NCBI GenBank assembly: GCA_047967505.1
Contig: CM106538.1
Reading direction: 5' to 3' (one strand)
DNA length: 64,000 nt
Source of the DNA: Dipteris shenzhenensis
Taxonomy: Eukaryota
In this document: one piece after another, positions 22,758 to 36,120 of the stretch
Layout of the letters: each line of letters starts with the position of its first letter
Position numbering within the stretch: position 1 is the first letter of the stretch
The notes under the pieces: generated by a model
The model's database searches: none
What the model was told of the DNA's origin: nothing
Seen by the model: the letters and a program-made list of their open reading frames with translations, nothing else
Made by a program: the position numbers and the translations under genes

Positions 22758-23328
22758 GCTTCAGAATGGGCTATGCAGAGTGGCCAAAGGCTAGCCATTC
22801 TACTCTTGGATTTTGAGAAAGCTTATGACAGAGTAGATTGGGGCTTTTTGCAAGGCACCCTTCTTCATTTTGGTTTTATAGATGCATGGATAAGAGGGGT
22901 CTCTTCTCTTACAGATCAGCCCACAGCCAGGTGCTTATTGGTGGGGAAAGGGGGGAGAGTTTTCAGATTTCCAGATCAGTCCACCGGGGATGCCTTCTTG
23001 CCTCCTTACTCTTTTTGTTTGTGGCTGAAGCTACAAGTATTTACATTAGATCTCGAGATGATATTTTCGGTTTGAGGCTTCCATTGAGACGAGAAGCAGA
23101 GGTGCTAGATAGTGAGTTGGCAGATGATACAGTTATTTGATGCCACTCCATATGTGCTCACATATTTCAGGACAGCCTTGGATTAATTTTGCACTGCTGC
23201 AGGGCCTCACATCAATTGGCATAAATCCAATGGCTTTTAGATTAGTGATGCAGACATTCCGGATTGGGGAAATGACTATAGGGTTGACATGGATTTAGAG
23301 GGGTGTCTTTGTTAGATATATATATAAC

Positions 23329-24780
23329 TTTTTTTGCAAAAAGAGACTTCTATTAAGTATTAAAGAAAAACCGTCAGAGCAAGCTCCATAGGGGATACAT
23401 CATGCAATGCACGAAAAGCTCAAGAGCCAAAAAGAAAGGATTGAGGCTGATAGTGCCATCTCAATCCATTAGAAACCTCCGAGAAAAAGTGAGAACCTCT
23501 TTAAACTCGAAGAAATATAGTCCTTCTAAAAGAGGCTGCCCGTGAAGGGCCTTGCATGCTAGCCCATATGGCTATCAAAGTGTGAACCGTGTCACACCAA
23601 ATACCCGTGAACACCTGTAATGGTTGTATTTGGGTGCCATCCAAGGCCTCAGTACATCTGGCTCTCCAAATGTGCCAAGAGGAAATGCTAGCCAAAATCT
23701 CCCAATAGGTGTCCACTGAAACATGAGAAGCTCTGAAGGGAGTAAGTGGTACATCCTGTAGAGAGCAAGGCTCTATTACCTGCCGGCGGACCGAGAGTGC
23801 CCAAGAAGAAGGCTCACCCTCATAAAACACCTGGGGCCCGGTAAGAGATAACCATGCGACCGAGCCCCAAGTCATGAAGAAAGGGGAAGTGTGAAAGATG
23901 CTGAGTATCCGAGCAACCCCTTTCCAAACAGTCCTCGCCTGGCTGCAGTCCCAAAGGCAATGTCGCACTGACTCCTCTACAGAATGGCATCGAGGACAAG
24001 TGGGATCAGCCCCAAATCGTGATCTCCACAGGTTCACTACAATCCCTCCATGAATAGAAAGGCAAAAGAAAAGAGTGATCTTTCTATTGCTGAGGGATTT
24101 CCAGAGCCTCCTCCAGAAATTTCTACGCAAGTCTGCGGTGATGAAGAAGCTTTCCCAATAGGGGGCTCTGGAGGGAATCCAACCCCTACTGTTTAGCTGA
24201 AACCTCCTGGCATTACCAACCATGAAACGAAAGAAGGGAATCCTCCTCTCTCAGTGCCCATGATCTATCCATTCCCACTCTCCTACGTCCCACTACAAGC
24301 ACCTGATAGGTGCACCTCCATATAACCACAATCTCCAAGATCCCAAGGCCAAGAGCAGAGGGTCGGGGTCTAAGTACCACTGCAAGCCCGCTCCAAGGTC
24401 CACAAAACCAGCAATCCTGACAGGCTGAAAGGCAACCTCAAGAAGAATGTCATCCTTGAATGTAGAAAGTAAACCTCCATCCCCAACATCAAAGACCAGT
24501 GCGTCTTCCCCGAGACCTTGGAGAGCGATCACCTATAAAGAAACTGATGTTCTCAAAAAAGCCCCCATCCAAGTGGTGGAAGTAATAGGCAGCTCAACTG
24601 TCCATTCCACCGGGATGGCTGCATCTATCTGCTGAATCCTGCGTGCTACCCCTCTGAGGTGACTCACGGACTGCAGTCTCTGATCCACAGGTAGCCTGAC
24701 AAAAGATTTCCAAGTGCCTACTGTGTAGGCGGGCCTCTCTCCCATTTAGACCACTGCATGTAATGGGAAGTGCTTAGTGG
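23329..24780 (-). mobile_element. 5'-truncated L1 copy (ORF2 C-terminus) inserted antisense into the host L1
   Basis: T-run at 23329-23335; ORF 24223-23501 with CPRCHSVEESVRHCLWDC; the host sequence is split at gttagatat|ctgggatgccag. Confidence 0.85.
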
Positions 24781-26823
24781 TCTGGGATGCCAGGTGTTTA
24801 GGTATCTCTCCAACACAATAGTTTGCTCCCGTGTTGGAGAGTTTTATGGAGTGGACTTGATGGCTGAGAAGATGTTACAACCAGGGGCATGGGAGATTGA
24901 GTCTCCCAACTTAGGAAGGGGATCTTAATATCATAGTTCCAGATTTGCAGTGCAGGGCCTTGCTTTGCAAGATGGTTGTTATGCCAAGGCAGGAGCCGTG
25001 GAAGGATCCGTGGAAGGATTTATTTATTCGCAGCATACAGTCCTGCACACCTCCTCGGGAGGAGACTGGATGGATAGTACCACATGGATCTTTACTTCAG
25101 CCTATGTCAGATCTCCTTCCTATGCGTTTATGCTGCCATCTTGAAAGCATGGACCAGCTTTAGGAGTACTCTTCGAAGTATTCTCCTTCCCTCTTGTGAA
25201 GAGATTGATAGGCAACCTGTTATGAGGAATTGGATGAGCATGGCAGGCCACTGGGCGCATCTTAGTACATGCAGCGGTCCAGCTGGGAGAGGGGACCTAC
25301 CTCTACTGTGGGATCTTGGAAAGCTTTTAAGAAGCTTCCGGAAGAAAGGAAATTTCATTTGGTTAGTCATCTCACTACGACTGCAAGGAGAATTCAGCAG
25401 ATTGATGCAACCTTCTAGTGGATTGGGTGGATACAAATGACATGCCTATTATTTTGCTCCACTTGGATGGCTTTGTTTACAGGTACAAGCATTCCACTTC
25501 AAGTTATTGCAGTTCAAGATGCACACGAGGATTCCCTAGTTTTTAATGTGGTTTCAGGAGGCATGCTGTCCAGATCTATCGATGACATCTTGCTAGAGAT
25601 TGCATTTCAGCCTGTCAGGATTTTGGGTTCTATGGAGTTTGGCTCCGATTTAGGTACCTATATCCTGACCCCCCTCTCATATCCCTATGTTCATGGAGGT
25701 TATGGCTTTATGGAGGTGTCCCCATAAAGTTATTGCAATGGGACCTAGGAGAGAGGGAGTGGAAGGGCACCGAAAGAACAGCCTCCCCTTCTTTTGTTAT
25801 ACTGTCAGTAATACCAAGAGATTTGCAGCTCAGCTGTAGAGGTTGGAGGCCTTCTAGAGCTCTTCATTGGGATACTTCTCAGATTTCTGCTGATTTGCAG
25901 AAAAACTTTTGGAAAGGAATATGGATATCCCACAAGAATAAGAAATTCACTCTCTTCTCTTGGCTTTCTCTTCATGGTGGGATTCCAGTGAACCTATGGA
26001 GATCTAGGTTTGGGGCAGAGCCTACCTATCCTCGATACCATCCTATCGTGGAGTCTATTCAACATTGCTAGGGATTGCAGACAAACGAGGATTGTTTGGA
26101 AGGGGGTTGCTAGGATTTTCAGCTACTTTGCTCCATCTCCTTCTTTATGACCTGGGGCTCAATTGCTTGGCTTTCTCTGTCAGGGCCTCAGGTCTTTTAT
26201 GAGAGACATGACTGATCTTGGGCCCTAGTGATCACTTCGTCGAGTCATGTCCTCTAGAGGATGTTCCTGCCATACCCTTCAGGCTTGTGCATACCTCGGT
26301 TGACTCATCTTGGGAGATACTGGCGAGCATATCAGCATGGCATATTTGGAGAGCCATATGCACAGAGGATTTGGATAGATCCCAGAAACACCCTTTCCTA
26401 CTTTGGCCAGTATATGGACAAACACTATACATACTCTGATGGCCATCTAGACAAGTATGCAGGGATTCTCTCTGGCAGCTTCTGCCAGAAGGGTGACTTT
26501 CTTCAAGGAATGGAGGGGCTCTCCCTTCTTCTCTGAGACTTCCACAGAGTTGCAGTGGCACTTTCAGCTCCAACCTTGGTTATTTTCAATCTCATTTTGA
26601 GGGGTTTTTATCATGATACATTTCGCCTTGATCTTGCTCTTGCGGGTTTTATTCAAACTTAATGGAAGTCTATTTTTGCCCCCCTCCCCCCCCCCCCCCC
26701 CCAAAAAAAAAAAAACTCTTATTTTTACAAGTAGTTGTAGCTTGCATGGAGGGATGTCCCACCATGCTAGAGTAGTCTGTTGACCTTTGGGGGCCAAGTT
26801 CTATCAGTGAAAGTGTTTGACTC

Positions 26824-27006
26824 TGTAGGAACAAGAAAGGAGAAGAGTTGTGCACACAAGAGAACAAGAAGTGAACACAAGTGAACTCTAACTGAAATGT
26901 TCAAATGAAACAATACAAGTACTCGGTATATATAGTACCCAAGTACTGGTCAACCATATAGTTGACTTATGGCCTACAACACCATATCATTGTAGATATC
27001 TCTATA
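26824..27006 (-). repeat. copia 3' LTR a
   Basis: tgtaggaacaag...tctata, then PPT complement aatcccccctcaat. Confidence 0.85.
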
Positions 27007-27072
27007 AATCCCCCCTCAATGATATGACTGAAGTACTCTGGAGTCTAGTCTCAGTAATACCTGAAGTACTCA

Positions 27073-27254
27073 TGTAGGAACAAGAATGGAGAAGAGTTGC
27101 GATCACAAGAGAACAAGAAGTGAATATAAGTGAACTCCAACTGAAATGTTCAAATGAAACAATACAAGTACTTGGTATATAAGTACCCAAGTACTGGTCA
27201 ACCATATAGTTGACTTATGACCTACAACACCATATCATTGTTGATATCTCTACA
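27073..27254 (-). repeat. copia 3' LTR b
   Basis: tgtaggaacaag...tctaca, then aatcttccctcaat. Confidence 0.88.
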
Positions 27255-28596
27255 AATCTTCCCTCAATGATATGGTCGAAGTACTGTGGAGTCTAGTCTG
27301 AATAGTACCTAAAGTACCATCGTTGCACAAATTCATCCACATTTGGATATAGCAACGTATGGGAGTACAAAAGAAAACAATGTCATTTTACAACCCCCCT
27401 TGACATTGTTTGTATGTCTCGTATCCCCAAGCCATGTCGATGTCATGTGAAAAGAGGCACTGACAGGCTTTTCGTGAAGATATCGGCCACATTGTCCTCT
27501 GTGGAACAATATGTGAGGTTGATGAAGCCATCTGTGATACATAATGATAGTGTTTCTCAATGTGTCTTATGCGAGCATGAAATACATGATTGTTTTCAAT
27601 AGCAATGCAACTTTGGCTGTCATCACAAAAGATCCGAGTTGCGCCACCGTCTTGAGCATGATGCAAGTCTTCCTCAACCACATACATTCCATAGTGGCTG
27701 AATTCGTAGCTTTGTACTCTGCTTCAGTACTGGAGAGAGACACTCGGTCTTGCTTCTTACTGAGCCATGAGATACATGCTGAGCCCAATGAGAAGCAATA
27801 GCTGGAAGTGGATTTACGATCATCTATGTCCCCTAACCAATTTGAGTCTGTAAAGCCACTCAGAGAAATGTCACCATCTGGAGCATAATGCAGCCTATAG
27901 GTAAGTGTACCATGTACATAATGGAGTACCCTCTTCACTGCATTCCAATGCGTGACTATGGGACAATGCATAAGCTGAGATAGAAGCCATGTGACATAGG
28001 CAATGTCTGGCCGCGTAGAGCATAAGTAAATCAAACTACCAACCAGATGCCTGAACAAAGTACCTTCAAACTTTTCAGCCTCATCATGCTACCATCAAAC
28101 TTTTCAGCCTCATCATGCTTACTCAACTTGAGTGCTTTTTCCAATGATGGAGTGGCCACGTGCTTACTATTCTCCATCTTAAATTTCTGCAACAACCCCT
28201 TGGTATATTTGGTCTGTGACATAGAAATCCCCCCTTGGGTTTGCCAAAATTCAATGCCAAGACACTAGTGTAAGAGGTTCAAATCTGTCATGTCAAAGGT
28301 CTAATACAAGACGACCTGCACTGCTGCAATTTGCTGTGAATTACTGCCAGTGAGTATAATGTCATCGACATAAAGAACCAGCAAGACCAGATCTGATTTC
28401 TGTTGCAAAACATATAAATTTGGCTCTGTGTGAGTGTTGACAAAGCCCTGGGACAGCAAGAACTGATGTATCTTATGCTACCATGCACGAGGCGCTTGCT
28501 TCAGCCCATACAAGGCTTCCTGAGCTTGCATACCTTGTGCTGGTCACTGAACAACCAAACCCTGGGGTTGATGCACATAGACCTCCTCTTTGAGAT

Positions 28597-28780
28597 TGTA
28601 GGAACAAAGTGGAGACAGCTTGTGAACACAAGTGAGCAAGAGTGCACACACAAGAAAGCTCCAATAGAAATGTTCAAATGAAACAATACAAGTACTTGGT
28701 ATATATAGTACCCAAGTACTACTGGTCAACCATATGGTTGACTTTATGCCTACAAAACCATATGTTTGTAATGTCTTACA
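28597..28780 (-). repeat. copia 3' LTR c
   Basis: tgtaggaacaaag...cttaca; it interrupts the RT of the neighbouring copy. Confidence 0.85.
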
Positions 28781-31678
28781 AATCTCTCCTCAAAGATATG
28801 GCTGAAAGTACCCTGGAAACATCTCATGTGTACCCTACAATACCTAAAGTACCATGGTTGCACAAATTCATCCAGATGGATATGCAACCTATAGGAGTAC
28901 ATGAAAACAATGTCATTGTGAATCACTTCACAACCCCCCTTGACATTGTGAGAATGCCTCTGATCCCCAAGCCATGTCGATGTCATAAGAAAAGATCTAC
29001 TGACAGGACTTTGGTGAAGATATCCGCCACATTGTCCTTAGATGGACAATAGATGAGATCAGTGAAGCCATCAAAAATACAATCCCGTACATAATGATAA
29101 TGATTTTCAATGTGTTTCATGCGAGCATGAAAGACAGGATTGTTGGCTATGCCAATGCAACTCTAGCTGTCCAGAAGATAGAGTTTGCTTCGCCATCCTA
29201 TGCATGATGCAAGTCATGCAAAAGCTTCCTTAACCACATAAACTCCGTAGTGGCTGAATTTGCAGCTTTGTACTCTGCTTCACTGGAGGAAAGAGAGACT
29301 TGCTCTTGCTTCTTACTGAGCCATGAGATACAAGCTGAACCCAATGAGAAGCAATAGCCAGTAGTGGACCGTCTGTCGTCAATGTCCCCTGACTAATATG
29401 AGTCGGTGAAACCACTCAGCTCTAGATCACAACCTGAAGCATAATGCAAGCCAAGAGAGAGAGTGCCATGGACATATCTGAGAAGCCTCTTTGCTGCATT
29501 CCAATGTGTGATCGTGGGACAATGCATGAACTGGCTCAAAAGCCTTGTGGCGTAGGCGATATCAAGCCGTGTGGAGCATAGATATAGCAAATTGCCAACC
29601 TACTCAGCTCGAGTCCCTTTTCCGATGGAGTAGCCACATGCTTACAATTCTGCATTTTAAATGTCTGCAACAACCCCTTCGAATACTTTCTTTGTGACAT
29701 AGAAATCCCATAATGGGTCTGCCAAAACTTAATGCCAAGACAATAATGCAATAGGCCCAAATCTGTCATGTCAAAGTTGTGACATAAAGCGGACTGCACT
29801 GCTGTAATTTGCTGCAAATCACTGCTAGTGAGCATGATGTCATCCACATATAGTACCAACATGACCAATTCTGATTTTTGTTGCAGAACATGCAGATTTG
29901 GCTCTATATGAGTGTTTACGAAGCCCTGGGACAGCAAAAACTGATGTATCTTCTGATACCACGCACGAGGTGCTTGCTTCAGCCCATATAGAGTCTTCCT
30001 GAGCTTGCATACCTTGTGCTTTTGTCCCTTCACCTCAAAACCTTGGGGCTGATGGATATAGACCTCCTCTTTAAGATCTCCATTGAGGCTTTGCATCCTT
30101 GCACGACTTGATAGTCGTCATAATATCTCTCTTCACATTTGTGGCAATCAAAAACATTGCTTGGGCACTGCGGCGATCAAACTTCTGCTGCTCCTCCGTC
30201 GATGCTATGGGACTAGCAGGAGGGGCTGTACTAGGTTGTTGTCTGCCTGTAGTCTGATCTGAAGAAGCTGTGCTGGATGTAGATGAGCCTGCTGGCGTCA
30301 CCTCATCCCCACTGACAATATCCCACAAGCCCTTACCAACCAAGATGTTAGTAAGCATGAATGACCACAAGGCATAGTTTGGTCCATCCAGCTTGTCACC
30401 CTCAGACAAATTGCCAAAACTGTCTGAAAGAGTTGACATGATGCAAAATGGGATACCTACAAGCTGCAAATGTACTTGCAAAAAGAACTGCAAGTCCCAA
30501 AAGTGCAACTGGCTGCAAATGTGCCTGCAAATCCCCAACTAATACTGGCTGCAAATGCAAAGTACGACTATCTGCTCTGAAATGCCACTGACTGCGCAAT
30601 GCAATCACTACAAAAATGGCATCAACCAATCACTGCACTCTGTTGCAATCTGAAGTGCAATCCCAAACTGAAAATGCGCGACCCAAATCTCAAATAGCGC
30701 ACCCACGAGTGCTCAAATGCATCCAACGGAGCTCAAAGGCATCCACAACTGTAAAGTAACTTGGGCACAACCACCTGCAAAACAGTCCACTGACTGTGTG
30801 GGCAAGCTGGAGATGACAAAGGAGCTGAAGTGAGCTGCTTGGAGCTGAATGAAGCTGTCGGGAGTACTTCTGAATACAATACACGTGTAGGGAAGAGCGT
30901 GGAGCTGCTGGAACACACTTGGGAGAGGCTGGAGCTTAAAAGAGTCCATATTTGAGCAGAAATGCCGAAAAACATCCGAAAACTACTCGAAATCACCTTC
31001 CAACAAGTCGTACGGACTCCCAGCATTGTCGCTAAGTGTCAACTTAGCCCATCTAGGAACTGAATTCTCAGCTGTCCCGTTGGGAATAACATCTGGAAGT
31101 GCATTTAGAGTAACACCCTTTGCACGGCGCTGATATGCTTCCAATATTGGGCTGTCTCTCCCCATGGTTGGATGCAAATCTGAAACATTTGAGGGAAAAG
31201 AACCCTCAACATGTGGCAATCCTAGTGGAGTCTGAGAGGTAGAGGGAACATCAACTGGAAAACCCAAATCAGCATCATCCTCAAACTGAATGATGTCCAG
31301 AGGTGTATCATCATATGGAGGCAACTCCTCACTGATGAGCTGCATGCTATCGTGCTCTACACACAAAAATCTGTGCTTATGATTACTTTCCTTGTGGCTG
31401 GACCATAAAGCCTAAAGCCTTGGCTTTTAGTGCTATACCCCACAAAGATGCATTTAATGCTTTTATCATCAAAACTGGATCGATTTTCAGCCGGTACCAA
31501 AGCATATGCAACAGACCCAAACACTCTAAAATTATTCACCTTGGGCTTGTACCCATAAAATGCCTCAAAAGGCGTCCTATCAACCAATGCTTGCGTAGGG
31601 CAGCGATTCCGAATATATGTGGCTGCAACAATTGCTTTACCCCAAAATGCTTTTGACATTCTCTTAAAATTCAACATA

Positions 31679-32859
31679 TTTTTTTGTGAAGAAATCTTTT
31701 ATTGCTGTAAAATAATTACATTCATAGTTACTTCGAAACTGAAGTAACTATTACTCAACTAAAGATCTCAGTATAAGCTGTATACATATCCTGATCAATC
31801 AAACGAGTCTGAACACAATCATAAAATGATTGCTGCAGAGATCGTTTGAAAAAGATAAAGGATGAAAAAAGGGGATCACCAAAGACTCTATGATTTCTGT
31901 CCATCCATAAAGTCCATAGTGCCCAGTAGCGTACCCATATAAAAAATAAATCAAAACCCTGTCTCAGTGGATGAAAACCAAACAACCAGAAAAGCCTGCC
32001 AAAAGTAGCAGTAGGAAATCTCGCTTGAAGCCTCTGTCGGATGAGAGCGATGAAGGTGCAAGTATGTGGACAGAACCAAAAAATGTGTAGCATAGATTCA
32101 GTGGGGTGTAAGCATCTGTGACAAACAGCCAGAGCAATATGTCTGTGTGCAAGTAGCTGGGCAGATGGAAAAATGCCAAGTAGGACTCGCCAAAGAAAAA
32201 GTTGTGTGTTTGAATTTGCCTCTGTTTATGAACCCCAATCCTCGAGAGAAAGAACTGAAATTTGGGATGCCATGCAACAATATCCATGGAGATATCATGC
32301 CTTTATATGTGGGGATTTTAATAATGCTCCTCAACAGGGAGACAATACCTCTAGACATGCTCACATGTTAACCCCTGAAAGGCATGCATGGTCACAATTA
32401 CTGATGCATCTGGATTTGGTGGACCTTTGGAAGGAATTGCAGCCTCTGTTACCTGGATACACATTCCAACATAATGCTCTTTCTTCTTATCAGGCCCGTC
32501 TGGATCGATGGTATAGTGTAGCTCCGCAACAAAATGGGGATTTTACATGCAAAATGTGGATTGACTATGCCTTTGTGCATTCAGATCATGCACCTCTATG
32601 GTTGCGGTTATCCTTTCATGATATGCGAGATGATAGATTGCCACAAAGGCGCCATTTGATCGTGAACAATAGCTACTCGCAACATGATGTGTTCAAGGCC
32701 ATGGTTATTGAAGCATCTCACTCTCTGTCTTCTCGCAGCCATGTTCATATTAATGATGCCTGGGATTCTTTTGTTTCCAAAATGCAAGTTGTGATAAGAA
32801 GTTACGGCAAGTCTTACATGAAGACTCTGAGGGAAACTATTGCTCAGGCCAAACTTGTC
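31679..32859 (-). mobile_element. L1-type LINE of a second family with an inverted 5' segment, inserted in the copia integrase; 13-bp TSD
   Basis: AAAATTCAACATA at 31666-31678 and 32860-32872; T-run from 31679; minus-strand ORF2 C-terminus (ESMLHIFWFC...WALWTLWMDRN); plus-strand APE (VYEP, ICGDFN, RLDR, SDH). Confidence 0.88.
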
Positions 32860-33836
32860 AAAATTCAACATACACCGTGTCATCTCCATGAGAGTCCCGT
32901 TCTTCCTTTCTGCAAATCGGATTATGTTGAGGCGTGTATGGCATTGTTTTGTGATGCCTTATCCCATGCTCTTTCAAGTACCCTTCAAAAGCATGTGAAG
33001 TATACTCTCCCCCATTGTCAGAATTAATTGTTCCAATTCTAGAATTGGTCTGGTTCTGAGCCAATGCTTTGAACTCCTTAAACCAATTGAACACTTTAGA
33101 CTTGCTTTTCATGAGAAAGAGCCAAGTTAACCTTGAATAATCATCAATGAATGTGACAAAATACCGATACCCTCTATGGGTTGCGACATTCATTGGTCCA
33201 CAAACATCACTATGCACAATCTGCAAGACCCTTTATGCTCTTACTGAACCTAGACCATCCCTTTGGAAAGGTAGGCGATGTAACTTTCCAAGAGCACAAG
33301 CTTCACACACCTCTTGAGCGGGCTATTGTAATTTTGGCAATCCTTCAACCATATTATGATTATGCAAATGTGCCAAAGCTCTGTGATGTGCATGACCAAA
33401 CCTAGCATGCCATAAATCGCCTTTAGTAGCAGAAGAGACAGCCATAGCATGTTGATTATAGGACTTAGTATCAAGCTTGTAAAGACCGATGCTGGCCTCA
33501 TAAGAACCTGTAGCCACAATCTGATACCCTTTCTTTGGATCCTTGATCCTGCATTGATCATCCTGATCATGGGCTATGGATGGAATTGAAACAAGATTTT
33601 TCCTCAAGTCAGGAACACACCAGACATAATGGATATACTTTTTCATGAATCCAGAAGGATGGAAATATATCCCACTCCTGTGATGTCTTGAGTTGCTTCA
33701 TTAGCACAAGTAACCTATCTGCCATGAACAGGTTTGATTTCTTGAAACCACTCTTCCTGTGTGCTTCGATGCACCACTCTCTAGATAGCAAGTATCTATG
33801 GCAGCAAATGAAGAATCCCTAGATGAAGCAAGAGAA

Positions 33837-35597
33837 GCATCTTGGGAGACCCTCATTCTCCCCACAGGAGAAGGAGGTCTCAATATTATTGACCCAAACT
33901 TGCAGTGTATGGCCTTACTCTGCAAGTTTGTAGTACATGGATTGATGCCTGGACGGGGGCCTTGGAAGGATTTTCTCACACGCAGCATTCAGTCTTGTGC
34001 CCCTTCTCATGGGGGAGATTGGTTGGACAGCAGCAGATGGATCTTTATTTCAGCCCATCTCACATCTCCCCCTTTCTCTCTCATGGCTGCAATTCCGAAA
34101 GCTTGGGGCTACTTTCAGAAACACACTTCACAAAGTTCCACCAACCTCTCGTGAAGAAATTCACAGGCAGCCTGTCATGTGGAAGGAATCGTTATAAGAC
34201 TTCCAGAGGATCAGAGACTTTTAGCAGTTGGCCACCTCAGAGGGAGTGCACTCAGGATACAGCAGATACAGGCAGCCATTCCACCAAAGTGGATTGACAC
34301 AAATGACATGCCGCTTACAGAATCCACTTGGTGGGGAGCTTTTTCAAGGACGGGCATTCCATTACAGATTATTGCATTGCAGGATGCACATGAGGATACT
34401 CTTGTCTTTGATGTTTAGTCGGGACGCAGACTTATCAGATCTTCTAATGATATTCTTTTGCAAGTTGCATTTCAGCCTGTCAGGATTGCAAGATTCATGG
34501 AGTGGGGCAGGGACTCACAGTGGTATCTTGACCCTGATCCTATTCTCCTTGCGCTGGGGTCTTGGAGACTCTGGCTGTATGGTGGTTCTCCTATTAGGTT
34601 CTTGCAGTGGGACCCATGGGAGTGGGAATGGATTGATGAGGGGCACCGAGAGAAGAGCTTCCCCTTCTTTCGCTACACAGTTAGAAATGCCCGAATATTT
34701 CAGCTCAGTAGTAGAGGTTAGAGGCCCTCTAGAGCGACACATTGGGATAGTTTTCAGATTTTCGCAGTTGTGCGGAAGAACTTTTGGCATAGGCTCTAGA
34801 AATCCCTCAGGAATAGAAAGATCACTCTTTTCTTTTGACTTTCTATTCATGGAGGGATTGCAGTGAACCTGTGGTGGAGATCGAGGTTCGGGGCTGACCC
34901 TACTTGTCCTCGTTATCACATGGCAGTTGAGTCATTACAGCATTGCCTTTGGGAGTGCAAACAAGCATGGATGATCTGGAAAGGTGTTGCTAGAATTTTC
35001 AGCATCTTTCATACAGCACCTTTCTATATGACTTGGGGTTCAGTGGCTTGGTTATCTCTTACTGGCCCACACGTGTTTTTCGAGGGACATGATCCACATT
35101 CAGCTTTCATTGTACAGCGACACTTAGTGGAGTCTTGTTCCCTCCAGGATGTTCCCTTCACTCCTTTCAAAGCTGTTCATGCCTTAGTAGACACGTCTTG
35201 GGAGATTTTGGCTAGCATTGCAGCGTGGCATATTTGGAGATCCAGGTGTACAGAGGCAATGGAGGGTATCCAGGTTCACCCTTCCTAGACTATGGCGAGT
35301 ATTTGGATTGACACAGTACACACTCTCATGGCCATTTGGGCGAGCATGTAGGGATCCTTCAGAGCAGCCAGCCATTGCCAGGAGAGTTACTTTTTTTAGA
35401 GTTTGGAGAGGATCTCCTTTCTTCTCTGATTCTTTTTCAGGGTTGAGATGGCATTTTCAGCCTCCGCCTTGTTTCTTTATTAGCTCATTTTGAGCTTTTT
35501 TTTCCTCATGCATTGCATGATGTACTCCCGCATTTGAACTTGCTCTTGCAGTTTTCATTCATACTTAATGAAGTAATTTTCTTGAAAAGAACAAAAA
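33837..35597 (+). mobile_element. 5'-truncated L1 copy within the copia element
   Basis: SWETLILPTGEGGLNIIDP...ESLQHCLWEC; family 3' UTR (ttaatgaagtaattttcttg) and A-rich tail; no TSD found. Confidence 0.85.
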
Positions 35598-35965
35598 TAT
35601 TGCTGGTATCTTTTGATCTATTGCTCAGAATGAAATTCTGATAGCACGAACAGCTCCAAAAGGGGGATAAACCCCAGTTCAACTAATCAAAACTCTTCCG
35701 GGCTGCCCGATGCAGCTACACAACTTTCGGTATCTGAAATTGCCTAAAAAAACTGCACGCACAATGCAAAATGAAGTCGCCCAGCTGAGGAATGCTTTCC
35801 GGTGCAAAATCTCACAACAAAACTGAAGCTCAAGATGATGCGAAGCTCGCGGGATCTGAGGACAGTCAAAAGAGAAGTCGACCAGCAAGAACTAACTTCT
35901 TCTCCACCGCGACAGAAGTGCAACAGGAGCATGCGGGGAAGCAAGTAACAGGGCTGAAAGGACTA

Positions 35966-35977
35966 GCTCTGATACCA
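35966..35977 (-). promoter_or_regulatory. Primer-binding site (initiator Met tRNA) of the copia element
   Basis: gctctgatacca equals TGGTATCAGAGC on the minus strand, 2 nt from the LTR end at 35980. Confidence 0.92.
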
Positions 35978-35979
35978 CA

Positions 35980-36120
35980 TGTAGGAACAAGAATGGAAAA
36001 GAGTTGTGAACACAAGAGAACAAGGAGTGAACACAAGTGAACTCCAATTGAAATGTTCAAATGAAACAATACAAGTACTGGTCAACCATAAAGTTGACTT
36101 ATGGCCTACAACACCATATC
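35980..36120 (-). repeat. copia 5' LTR, outer ~20 bp cut off by an L1
   Basis: Matches LTRs a and b up to acaccatatc; adjacent to the PBS. Confidence 0.85.

Larger units (their letters stand above)
20744..26714 (+). mobile_element. Decayed L1-clade LINE (same family) from the endonuclease end to the poly(A), host to three later insertions
   Basis: Colinear ORF2 pieces (DHFPV, KYPGSDGL, LDFEKAYDRVDW, ELADDT, VRY|LGCQV, CCHC region) ending in A12 at 26703-26714. Confidence 0.85.
26824..36120 (-). mobile_element. Stack of Ty1/copia fragments of one family (three 3' LTRs, two RT/RH blocks, gag, integrase, protease, one 5' LTR with PBS)
   Basis: RT LYGLKQAPRAWY, LYVDD; RH SSTEAEY; INT VHSDVCGPM, SDNGGEY; protease ESGASKH; gag DKLDGPNYALW...GLWDIV; LTRs ~183 bp. 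Confidence 0.9.

Noticed and set aside
32173-33027. 284-aa ORF as a standalone nuclease gene
   Set aside because: It is the inverted LINE endonuclease segment reading through the TSD into antisense copia integrase.
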